Part shown: positions 24,261 through 32,512 of the stretch, one piece after another
Layout: each line of letters opens with the position of its first letter
How positions within the stretch are numbered: position 1 is the stretch's first letter
Source: Alphaproteobacteria bacterium
GTDB taxonomy: Bacteria > Pseudomonadota > Alphaproteobacteria > MPNO01 > UBA830
Assembly (NCBI GenBank): GCA_965243135.1
Contig: OZ251539.1
Span: 1,728,001-1,792,000 of the forward strand
Direction: 5' to 3'
DNA: 64,000 nt
Position numbers and translations under genes: made by a program
The notes under the pieces: generated by a model
Database searches by the model: none
Told to the model about the DNA's origin: nothing
The model's input: the letters and a program-made list of their open reading frames with translations, nothing else

Positions 24261-25409
24261 ATGATTTACTCTCGTCTGCTGCGTCCGCCCGGGCAAAGCT
24301 TTTTTCTGCTGGGCCTGCGCGGCGCCGGAAAGAGCACATGGGCACGGTCCGCGTTTCCGGATGCGTTCCACATGGACCTTCTGAACGAGCGACTATATCA
24401 GGATCTGCTTGCGGACCCGTCGCTTTTTTTTCAGTCGGTGCAGCATCTCGCGGCCGGCGAATGGGTCGTGGTCGACGAAATTCAGAGGCTGCCGTCGCTG
24501 CTGAACGAGGTCCATCGGCTGATCGAAACCCGTCGACTGCGCTTTGCGCTGCTCGGTTCGAGCGCGCGCAAACTCAAGGCGGCCGGCACGAATCTGCTCG
24601 CGGGACGCGCGCTCATGAAGACGATGTTTCCGCTCACCGCGAACGAACTGGGTTCGGAGTTCGACCTCGACGGGGTGCTTCGTTACGGATCGTTGCCGCT
24701 CGTCCGCGCCAGCGCCGCGCCGCGCGAAGTTCTCGAAACCTACGCGTTGCTGTACTTGAGGGAAGAAGTTCGCGCCGAGGCGCTGGTCCGGAATCTTCCC
24801 GGTTTCGCGCGCTTTCTCTCCATCGCCGCTCTGTTCAACGGACAGGCCGTAAACGTCGCCGGAATCGCAAGGGATGCCCGCGCCGCCCGCACCACGGTGG
24901 AGGGATATCTCGGGATTTTGGAGGACACGCTGCTGGTTCATCGCCTGCCGGCGTACGGTGCCGGCCTGCGCGCGCGGGAACGCCAACAGCCGAAACTCTA
25001 CTGGGTCGATCCCGGCGTCGTCCGCGCGGTCAAGCGGCAGCTCGGAGAACTTTCGGCGGAAGAGCGCGGTCCCCTTCTCGAATGCTGGGCCGCCACGACG
25101 TTGCGCGCGCACGCGGAAGCCGAACGGCTTTACGACGAGATGTCGTACTGGTCGCCGCACCAAAGCGCGGTGGAGGTCGATTTCCTGTTGCGCCGCGACC
25201 GGGAGTTCCTGGCGATCGAGGTAAAGGCGACCGACCGCTACCATACCGGCTTGCTGAAGGGGTTGCGCGCGATCGAAGCCCTGTCCGGATTGGCAAGGCG
25301 CGTGCTCGTCTACACCGGCTCCCGCTCCTTCCGCTCCGCCGACGGAATCGAAATCTGGCCGGCGCGCCGCTTCGCCGCCGCCGTCGCCGAAGGGGATCTG
25401 TGGCCTTGA
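24261..25409 (+). CDS. AAA+ ATPase with DUF4143 and C-terminal PD-(D/E)xK-like domain
   Basis: GLRGAGKS Walker A, VVVDEIQ Walker B, LLGSSA, LAGR, PKLYWVDPG, EVDFLL...AIEVK. Confidence 0.88.
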   Translation: MIYSRLLRPPGQSFFLLGLRGAGKSTWARSAFPDAFHMDLLNERLYQDLLADPSLFFQSVQHLAAGEWVVVDEIQRLPSLLNEVHRLIETRRLRFALLGSSARKLKAAGTNLLAGRALMKTMFPLTANELGSEFDLDGVLRYGSLPLVRASAAPREVLETYALLYLREEVRAEALVRNLPGFARFLSIAALFNGQAVNVAGIARDARAARTTVEGYLGILEDTLLVHRLPAYGAGLRARERQQPKLYWVDPGVVRAVKRQLGELSAEERGPLLECWAATTLRAHAEAERLYDEMSYWSPHQSAVEVDFLLRRDREFLAIEVKATDRYHTGLLKGLRAIEALSGLARRVLVYTGSRSFRSADGIEIWPARRFAAAVAEGDLWP

Positions 25410-25473
25410 AGCGGACATGTCGCGCCGCCCGGGCTCGGCGGAGTTTACGGGGCCTGCGAAGCGGGCGCGCGGC

Positions 25474-25800
25474 TCATGCAGTCTCGGCCGCAATCCACTC
25501 CAGAAACCCGGGATTCCCGCCGACGACCGGCAAGGCCACGACGCACGGACAGTCGAAACCGTGCAGGGCGACGATCCTTTCGGTCGCCGAATCGACGAGT
25601 TCCGCGCGCGTCTTGACGATCAGCACGGTCTCCCTGCCCTCCTGCACGCTTCCTTCCCATGCGTAGAACGACGTCATCGGATCGAGGACGTTCGCGCAGG
25701 CCGCCAGCCGCTCTTCGACCAATGCGCGCCCGATCGATCTGGCTTCGTCCGGACCGTCCGTCGTCACGTAGAGCAGCCTGACCTCGCCAGCCTCCGTCAT
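25474..25800 (-). CDS. cutA: Divalent-cation tolerance protein CutA
   Basis: LVEERLAACAN, SFYAWEG, ETVLIVKT, H.FDCPC. Confidence 0.92.
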   Translation of the reverse strand: MTEAGEVRLLYVTTDGPDEARSIGRALVEERLAACANVLDPMTSFYAWEGSVQEGRETVLIVKTRAELVDSATERIVALHGFDCPCVVALPVVGGNPGFLEWIAAETA

Positions 25801-25863
25801 GTTCCTGTCCTTTCGAGAAAAACGCCGCCCGGCTGCGCGGCTTCCGGCCGGAAATCGCGACTA

Positions 25864-25892
25864 TTGACAGAATGCCGCAGCGCGCGCATAAT
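25864..25892 (+). promoter_or_regulatory. Near-consensus sigma70 promoter for the ferritin-like gene pair
   Basis: TTGACA (25864-25869)-N17-CATAAT (25887-25892), followed by RBS GAAGGGG (25914-25920) and ATG 25929. Confidence 0.7.
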
Positions 25893-25928
25893 ACCGTCCA
25901 CGATTCGCGAAACGAAGGGGACTGCATT

Positions 25929-26753
25929 ATGCCCTTCAGCGACGGCTTGCTGCGGCTCGTCGAAAGATCCGCTCCTCTTTGGGCAGGAGAAGCGGAGGTC
26001 GTGCGCGCCTACTGGGATTCGCCGGTCCGGAACGCGGAGACGGATCTTTTGTGGATTCGCCGCCAGTGCTCCAAGGAATTCAACGGCAGCGGCATCGGCG
26101 AATACAGGAACATGGGCGTGTTCATGGGGCCGCTTCTCGAACTCAAGGAGGTGTTTCCGAGGATCGATACCGGCGAACCCGACAGCGTGCCGCGTCGCTA
26201 CGCCCTCGAACTGATGGAGACGATGTTCGACGAGTACAAGCATTTCTGCCTGTTCGCCGACGTTTACGACCGGATCAAACCCGAAGGAGCCCCGACCATG
26301 AATCCGCACGAGCTCGAAACCTGGGAGGAGGACGTGGCCCTCACCCGGTTGCGCCACCGGCATATCGAGGAGCACGGCAAGCTCGGAGTGCGCGCCTGCC
26401 GCTTCACGGAAGGCGGTTACTGCACCCTGTTTCGCGAGGGGATGCGCCTGAAGGGACGCGGCGGGGCGGACGATCTTATCGCGGATGCATGCGCCGAAAT
26501 CTACGAGGACGAATTCGGCCACATGCTCGAAGGCGTAGCGGGCCTCGACCGGGAGGGTTGGACGGGGGCCGATTTCGCGCTGATGGAGCGCCTGGTGATC
26601 GACCAGCTCCGGCACCGCGTAAGGATGCGCAACGCCGAATTCTCCTTCCCGCTGCCGGAGCAACGGGTGAACGCGATCTTCGACGGCGATATCGAACCCG
26701 AACCGTTCGATTTCGCGTCCGCCGAAACCAGGCTGTCGGCTCATGCCGCTTAG
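25929..26753 (+). CDS. Uncharacterised ferritin-like diiron-carboxylate protein (copy 1)
   Basis: 274 aa; ligand pattern KE...DEYKH...TEGG...DEFGH (E/ExxH/E/ExxH). Confidence 0.7.
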   Translation: MPFSDGLLRLVERSAPLWAGEAEVVRAYWDSPVRNAETDLLWIRRQCSKEFNGSGIGEYRNMGVFMGPLLELKEVFPRIDTGEPDSVPRRYALELMETMFDEYKHFCLFADVYDRIKPEGAPTMNPHELETWEEDVALTRLRHRHIEEHGKLGVRACRFTEGGYCTLFREGMRLKGRGGADDLIADACAEIYEDEFGHMLEGVAGLDREGWTGADFALMERLVIDQLRHRVRMRNAEFSFPLPEQRVNAIFDGDIEPEPFDFASAETRLSAHAA

Positions 26754-27567
26754 CGAACAGTTGCGCGGCGTCATCGCCGCCGCGGCCCCGTTTTTCGCCG
26801 GCGAGGCGGAAGTGGTCCGCACCTACTGGGATTGGCCCGGCCGCTCGATAGAGACGGATCTGTACTGGCTCGAACTTCAGTGCTTCAAGGAGTTCAAGGG
26901 ATCCGGGGTCGGGGAAAAGGACAACATGGGCGTCATCATGGGACCGCTCGCCGAGGTGCAGGAAGCGATACCGAAGATGGACCGCGGCGTCAGCCGCCAT
27001 CGCATCCTCCATCTTCTGGAAGACCTGCACGAGGAATTCAGCCATCTCTGCGCGTTCGCCGACGCGTACGACGCCATTCGACCGGGGGGAACGCAGCCGT
27101 TCGATCCGCATCGCTGCGACGGCTGGAGGGAGGACCGGGAACTGACCGAACTGCGCTATCTGGCTATCGAAGTGCATGGCGAGTTGGGCGCGCGCGCTTC
27201 CAAGTTCACCGAGGGCGGCTATTGCGCGCTGTTCCGCGAGGGCATGCGCCTGAAAGACCGCGACGGGCCCCACGCGCGGGCGAACGCGGCGATCGCCGCC
27301 GCGTGCGAACTGGTTTACGATGACGAGTTCGAACACATGCTCCAGGGAGTCGTCGGGCTCGACGACATGGGATTCAACTCCGTCGACTGGGAAATCGTGA
27401 AAAGGGTCGTTACCAACCTGCTCGAAGCGCGCCTCTATATGCGCAACGGACAGTTCTCCTACCCGCTTTCGGGGGACCGCATCGAGGAGATCCGCCGCGG
27501 AAAGATCGAACCCGAGTCGTTCGATTTCGAGGCGGCGGAAAAAAGATTGGCGCAGGGCGCCGCGTAA
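26743..27567 (+). CDS. Uncharacterised ferritin-like diiron-carboxylate protein (copy 2)
   Basis: 274 aa; KE...EEFSH...TEGG...DEFEH. Colinear paralog of copy 1 with an 11-bp overlap. Confidence 0.7.
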   Translation: MPLSEQLRGVIAAAAPFFAGEAEVVRTYWDWPGRSIETDLYWLELQCFKEFKGSGVGEKDNMGVIMGPLAEVQEAIPKMDRGVSRHRILHLLEDLHEEFSHLCAFADAYDAIRPGGTQPFDPHRCDGWREDRELTELRYLAIEVHGELGARASKFTEGGYCALFREGMRLKDRDGPHARANAAIAAACELVYDDEFEHMLQGVVGLDDMGFNSVDWEIVKRVVTNLLEARLYMRNGQFSYPLSGDRIEEIRRGKIEPESFDFEAAEKRLAQGAA

Positions 27568-27614
27568 GCGTCTGTCGCCGCGGGGCCTCCGGGAAGCGCG
27601 CCGGCCGCGCCGCT

Positions 27615-28412
27615 TCACCGATAGAAGGGATTGGCGCCCGCACCGTGGTCCGTCAGATCGACGACGCCCTGGATGGCCGGAACCTCCGTCATGATCGCGT
27701 TGCGAACGCCCTGCTGCAGCGTGGCCGCGGACGCGGAACATCCTTGGCATCCCCCTTCCATGCGCACGTAAGCGACGCGATCGACGACGTTGACGAGGTC
27801 GATCCGCCCGCCGTGCGCCGCGACGGCCGGGTTTATGCTTTCGTCGAGCAGACGAGAGACCGCTTCGGCTTCGGGACCGGGCGGATCCGTGAACACCCGA
27901 TCCGGCACGCGGGGCGCGTCCCCGATCCATTCCACTCTGGACACTTCCGGCACGTGATGCCTGACGATGCTGGCCACCATGGATTGCTTTCTCGGCCCGC
28001 CGCCGCCGATTAGCTCCAGCGTCAGGGAGCCGTCTTCGAAGCCCTTGAACAGGATTTCGCCGCCGTAGGCGCCGATCGCCGGCCGTATGCGGTCGTCGAC
28101 GAGATCCAGGATCTTCATGACGACGGGTTCGGCCAGAACGGGTTCGCCCGACGCGTAATGCTCCATGATCGCGCCGAGGACGGACGGCTTCAGAATGTAC
28201 CATTCCTTGCCGGGGTCGCGGCGAGCCATGAGATCGTCGAGTCCCAGGGACACCGCCGCGATTCCGTCGATTTTCAACAGGCGCCGCGCAAGGGGCGAAG
28301 TCGCCGCGGCTCGGGCTTCGTCCACGCGCGCGCTGCCCGGCGGGAGGACGGCTTCGCCGGGCATGAAAAGCATCGACAGCGGATCTTCCTGGCTGCGGGT
28401 CTGGATGAACAT
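27615..28412 (-). CDS. Nfu-family Fe-S carrier (Nfu_N + degenerate NifU domain + intact NifU domain)
   Basis: MFIQT...SPLA..L...W..LKP.VLGAIMEHY (Nfu_N); RIRPAI..GGEI without CxxC; INPAVAAHGG...GGCQGC...TDH..G.NPFY. Confidence 0.85.
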   Translation of the reverse strand: MFIQTRSQEDPLSMLFMPGEAVLPPGSARVDEARAAATSPLARRLLKIDGIAAVSLGLDDLMARRDPGKEWYILKPSVLGAIMEHYASGEPVLAEPVVMKILDLVDDRIRPAIGAYGGEILFKGFEDGSLTLELIGGGGPRKQSMVASIVRHHVPEVSRVEWIGDAPRVPDRVFTDPPGPEAEAVSRLLDESINPAVAAHGGRIDLVNVVDRVAYVRMEGGCQGCSASAATLQQGVRNAIMTEVPAIQGVVDLTDHGAGANPFYR

Positions 28413-28416
28413 GCCT

Positions 28417-29637
28417 CTATGCCCCGCCGTAACGCCGCTCGACGTAGTCTTCGACGAGCTGCTGGAATTCCTGCGCGATTCTCGCGCCGCGCAGGGTCGC
28501 CTTCTTTTCGCCGTCGATGAAAACCGGCGCCGCCGGCGCCTCTCCCGTGCCGGGCAAGCTTATCCCGATATCGGCGTGCCTCGATTCCCCCGGGCCGTTC
28601 ACGATGCAACCCATTACGGCGACGTTCAGATTCTCCGCGCCGGGATACTTGTCGCGCCATTCCGGCATGCGGCTGCGGACGAAACGCTGGATGTCGCGCG
28701 CAAGTTCCTGGAACACGATGGACGTCGTTCTGCCGCATCCCGGACAGGAGGCGACCAGCGGCACGAACGCGCGCAGTCCCATCGTCTGGAGCAGTTCCTG
28801 CGCGACCAGGACCTCCCGCGTGCGGTCTCCGTCCGGTTCCGGCGTCAGCGATACGCGGATGGTGTCGCCGATGCCCTCCTGCAGAAGGATTCCCATCCCC
28901 GCCGCGGAGGCGACCACCCCCTTGGTGCCCATTCCAGCCTCGGTCAGTCCGAGATGCAAGGCGTAGTCGCACCTCGCCGCCAGATCTCGATAGACGGCGA
29001 TCAGATCCTGCACCGCGGAAACCTTCGCCGAGATCACGATGCGCTCCCGGGACATGCCCAGTTCCTCCGCCCTCGCGCCCGACAGGAGAGCCGACTGCAC
29101 CATCGCGTCGCGCGTAATCCGGGCCGCGTCCTTCGGACGGCTCGATCTCGCGTTCTCGTCCATCAGCCGGGTCAGCAGGTCCTGGTCGAGGGATCCCCAG
29201 TTGACCCCTATGCGAACCGGCTTGCGGTGTCGGTTGGCGATTTCGATCATGGTCGCGAACCGGGCGTCCCGTTTCCGGCCGAAACCGACGTTTCCCGGGT
29301 TTATCCGGTATTTGGCCAGCGCTTCGGCGCAGGCCGGATTCTCGGACAGCAGCTTGTGGCCGATGTAATGAAAATCGCCGACGAGCGGAACGTCGACGCC
29401 CGTCCGCGCCAGACGGTCGCGGATATGCGGAACCGCCTTCGCCGCCTCGTCGCGGTCCACCGTAATGCGGACCAGTTCGGAACCGGCCCGGGCCAGCGCG
29501 GCGACCTGCGCCGTCGTCGCTTCGACGTTCGCCGTATCGGTGTCGGTCATGGATTGAACCACGATCGGCGCGCCGCCCCCGATCAGCGCGTCGCCGACCC
29601 GAACGGCGACGCTCTTGCGCCGGGGCATCCCGTTCAT
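28417..29637 (-). CDS. ispG: (E)-4-hydroxy-3-methylbut-2-enyl-diphosphate synthase
   Basis: [51 protein letters not shown]. Confidence 0.97.
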   Translation of the reverse strand: MNGMPRRKSVAVRVGDALIGGGAPIVVQSMTDTDTANVEATTAQVAALARAGSELVRITVDRDEAAKAVPHIRDRLARTGVDVPLVGDFHYIGHKLLSENPACAEALAKYRINPGNVGFGRKRDARFATMIEIANRHRKPVRIGVNWGSLDQDLLTRLMDENARSSRPKDAARITRDAMVQSALLSGARAEELGMSRERIVISAKVSAVQDLIAVYRDLAARCDYALHLGLTEAGMGTKGVVASAAGMGILLQEGIGDTIRVSLTPEPDGDRTREVLVAQELLQTMGLRAFVPLVASCPGCGRTTSIVFQELARDIQRFVRSRMPEWRDKYPGAENLNVAVMGCIVNGPGESRHADIGISLPGTGEAPAAPVFIDGEKKATLRGARIAQEFQQLVEDYVERRYGGA

Positions 29638-29646
29638 TTCCGGTCT

Positions 29647-30279
29647 CTAGCCCGCCGCGCGCCGGGGCTCGCGCACCGCGGGCCGCTCGGCGCCGAAAGC
29701 TTCGAGCAGGTCGTCGTATTCCGTGAACACCGGAAATTGCGGAAATTCCCGGGCCACGTTGAGAGGCGGACGAAACAGAAACCCGGAATCCGCTTCGCCG
29801 AGCATTCCGGTGTCGTTATACGAATCTCCGGCGGCGTCGACGACGTAGTTCAATCGCCGAAACGCCTGCACCGCCAGACGCTTGTGATCCGCGAGGCGCA
29901 GCCTGTAATCGCGGATCCGGCCGGAGGCGTCGACTTCGAGGCGGTGACAGAAGAGCGTCGGCCAGCCCAGTTTCTCCATCAGCGGTCCCGAAAACTCGTA
30001 GAACGTGTCCGAAAGGATGACGAGCTGGTGGCGCGCCCGCACCGCGTCGAGGAATCGGCGGGCGCCGGGCAGCGGTTCGAAGCCGTCGATGACGGGCCTC
30101 AGCGCTTCCATCCCCAACCCGTGCCGGTCGAGGATGCCAAGGCGCTCCTTCATGAGCGCATCGTAGTCGGGCTCGTCCCGGGTCGTGCGCCAGAGATCGT
30201 CGATTCCGGTGCGCTTGGCGAGTTCGATCCATATTTCGGGGGTGAGCACACCCTCCATGTCCAAGCAGATGAGTTTCAC
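29647..30279 (-). CDS. thrH: Bifunctional phosphoserine phosphatase/homoserine phosphotransferase
   Basis: CLDMEGVLTPEIW, TTRDEPDYD, ILSDTFYEF, AAGDSYND. Start GTG 30279 or ATG 30297. Confidence 0.88.
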   Translation of the reverse strand: MKLICLDMEGVLTPEIWIELAKRTGIDDLWRTTRDEPDYDALMKERLGILDRHGLGMEALRPVIDGFEPLPGARRFLDAVRARHQLVILSDTFYEFSGPLMEKLGWPTLFCHRLEVDASGRIRDYRLRLADHKRLAVQAFRRLNYVVDAAGDSYNDTGMLGEADSGFLFRPPLNVAREFPQFPVFTEYDDLLEAFGAERPAVREPRRAAG

Positions 30280-30352
30280 GACCCCGAACCGAACCATTAG
30301 CGCGCGCAATATAGCATCAGCAGGCCGCCGCGGCAATCTTGCCGCGGTCTTC

Positions 30353-30423
30353 CTGTCAGTAACAGATGATATGTCCGGTCCATGTACCCTGTCCGAATTT
30401 AGAACGCTTCCAAACCAAGAAGG
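30353..30423 (+). repeat. Left long inverted repeat / IS end
   Basis: CTGTCAGTAACAGATGATATGTCCGGTCCATGTACCCTGT[CCGAAT]TTAGAACGCTTCCAAACCAAGAAGG. Confidence 0.95.
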
Positions 30424-30502
30424 CGGCGGACGGAACAGCGACAGGGACCTGTCATCTGTCCGCGGTTAACTCCCTGAACCGATTGGTTTAGTTGAACGGG
30501 CC

Positions 30503-30800
30503 ATGCCAATTGGCCTACACCAGTTTTCGCCGGATTCGGTTGCATGGGTGCGGAAAGCTGTCGATTCGGGAGAGCGCTGCCGTACGTCACTGGCGCATGG
30601 GCTCCGCGAGCCGGCGGGGGCGACAGCCCGGGTCGCTGTCGCGCGGACGCGCGCCGCGCTTGCCGGGTTCCCGGCCGCCGGCAAGCCTTGCGCGAGAAAC
30701 GGAGAAAAGGTCGCTCGTCGAGTTTCGCGCCGCGGCGTTGTCGCCGGCCCCCCGTTCGACGCCGAAGCGGAAGGCGCGCCGTGCGACCGCGACAGTCGCT
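30503..30800 (+). pseudogene. N-terminal remnant resembling DUF4338-led IS4-type transposases
   Basis: MPIGLHQFSPDSVAWVRKAVDSGERCRTSLAHGLRE begins 54 bp inside the left IR and then degenerates. Family resemblance is from memory, not from a search. Confidence 0.45.
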
Positions 30801-30832
30801 CGACTTCGAGGTCTCGCCGGCGAGGAAGGGCG

Positions 30833-31402
30833 TCAGTCGCCCTTCGTTCCCGCCCCGTCGTCCGTCGGCGTCGTTCGTTCGGCGACGGTCTCCGGCGCGG
30901 CGGTCCGGCGGATCAGCGCCTTGAGCGCCGTCATGCTCTCCTCGTGGCGGCGTTCTTCGGCTTCGCGCTGCTGCTGCATGGCTGCGCTCTGCTGCTGCGT
31001 GGCCGTGCGCTGCTGTTCCATCGCTTCCTCGTGGCGGCGTTCTTCGGCTTCGCGCTGTTGCTGCATGGCTGCGCTCTGCTGCTGCATAGCCGCGCGCTGC
31101 TGTTCCATCGCTTCCTCGTGGCGGCGTTCTTCGGCTTCGCGCTGTTGCTGCATGGCTGCGCTCTGCTGCTGCATAGCCGCGCGCTGCTGTTCCATCGCTT
31201 CCTCGTGGCGGCGTTCTTCGGCTTCGCGCTGCTGCTGCATGGCTGCGCTCTGCTGCTGCGTAGCCGCGCGCTGTTGTTGCCCGCGTTCGTCGCTGGCGCG
31301 GACCATCGCACGGATGCCATACCAGATGCCGACGGCCGCGACGGCGGCCGCGAGCGCGTTGACGGAAGCGACGGCGAGGTTAGCGATCGCGAAGGCACTC
31401 AT
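30833..31402 (-). CDS. Membrane-anchored Gln/Glu-rich coiled-coil repeat protein
   Basis: N-terminal hydrophobic helix (AVASVNALAAAVAAVGIWYGI), about 4 copies of a 29-aa repeat, then EESMTALKALIRRTA. RBS AAAGGA precedes the ATG. Confidence 0.7.
   Translation of the reverse strand: MSAFAIANLAVASVNALAAAVAAVGIWYGIRAMVRASDERGQQQRAATQQQSAAMQQQREAEERRHEEAMEQQRAAMQQQSAAMQQQREAEERRHEEAMEQQRAAMQQQSAAMQQQREAEERRHEEAMEQQRTATQQQSAAMQQQREAEERRHEESMTALKALIRRTAAPETVAERTTPTDDGAGTKGD
30941..31278. repeat. 87-bp tandem repeat, about 3.9 copies
   Basis: Units start at 30941, 31028, 31115 and 31202 (CTCGTGGCGGCGTTCTTCGGCTTCGCGCTG...). Copies 2 and 3 are identical. Confidence 0.95.
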
Positions 31403-31954
31403 GAGCGTCCTTTCCGGAGACGGGAGACAGTATCCGCGGCGCCGATGCGATCGTCAAGGGAGACGTTTGCGCCAGGGCGGGAACGGGGCGGCGGCGTTCA
31501 TTGCCCGTCCTCGGGGCGGCGCGCAGGACGGCCCGCAAGCGGCGAAACGCCTGAACTCCAGGCGCGGTTCCGTCGAACGGGAGCGTCGTCCGGTCGAGCG
31601 AGGCGGACCTGTCGAACCTCCAGGCTTCGGCCATGGGCGGAAAGTCTGAGGAAACATGCAACCAGCGTGGGCCCGCCTGGAGGCGGAACGGGCAGGTCAC
31701 CCCGCGACCGAACGCTTACCCGCGAGTTCACTGGTTGCCTTCAGGGGCAAGCCATGGTGCTGCGGGACTGTATCATGCTGAAAGAAAACAGTATTTTCTG
31801 ATCCGATTACTCTCAGACGTGAGAGGAAACGAAAACGCCTTCCTTCCGGGCGTGGATCGGACGTCCTCGATTATTTTGCACCTGAAACTGCCGGTTATCG
31901 TGACTGCTCACAGGAGATTCCGAGTTAAATCCGGGAGGCTGACAGGACAGGGAC

Positions 31955-32045
31955 CGAGGAAATTCAAAGAAGTATACGGTCGTATCCGTCAGGGGATACT
32001 GAGCCAAGGCGAGGCGGCGGAGGGCGCTTCCGGGCGCACCTTCCT
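31955..32045 (+). pseudogene. Continuation of the interrupted ISNCY-like transposase N-terminus
   Basis: Joining 30424-30448 to 31955 onward gives roughly RRTEQRQGP-RKFKEVYGRIRQGILSQGEAAEG-SGRTF, an HTH-like transposase start. It is homologous to the inverted copy at about 34153-34224. Confidence 0.55.
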
Positions 32046-32512
32046 GTCTCAATTGCTGTGATGGCGCAGGCTCCTTCGGCAGTCGCTCTCCGCCCGGCCG
32101 TCGGCAAGGGTCGCGAAAGTGGATTCCGCTCGAATCTGCGGCAATCGAGGCGAACTAGAGGCGCGCCGAATCGCCAGTCCGAATGCCGTTCAAGCTGCCG
32201 GGTTCGAACATGTCGACCAGGCTCACTTCAGTTCGATGTTCGACGCGTGTTTCGCTCGCACGAAACGCGGCTTGCCGTCGAGGAAACAAAATACGCCGCT
32301 TCGTCGATCCCGCTGCTCGACAACGGTCTTTTCTCGAAGGCCTGTGAAGGCCTTTATCGAAGTGGGACGAACGACATTTCTGCCGGTTTTCGGGTTGATC
32401 TTTTCCGGCGAATCGAATATCGTGAAGAGCGTCGTCGCTCATCAGTGGCGGCCCCTCGCCTGTATTGCGAGGATCGCGCTGCAGCTGCTAACGTTTCAGG
32501 GTTGAGCGGAGG

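Larger units (their letters stand above)
30449..31945 (+). mobile_element. Non-autonomous IS4-like element (1497 bp) with 9-bp target-site duplication
   Basis: Imperfect 24-bp terminal IRs (17/24 match; CTGTCA-N11-TTAACTC) at 30449-30472 and 31922-31945, flanked by the direct repeat GACAGGGAC at 30440-30448 and 31946-31954. Transposase-like N- and C-terminal scraps lie inside. Confidence 0.8.

Noticed and set aside
30941-31278. Possible CRISPR array
   Set aside because: Units are contiguous 87-bp near-identical copies with no unique spacers, stay in frame within a CDS, and no cas genes are present.
30503-31801. 432-aa plus-strand ORF spanning the inner element as an intact transposase or membrane protein
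   Set aside because: No DDE core is visible. The middle is the antisense reading of the repeat gene, and only the extremities resemble transposase remnants.
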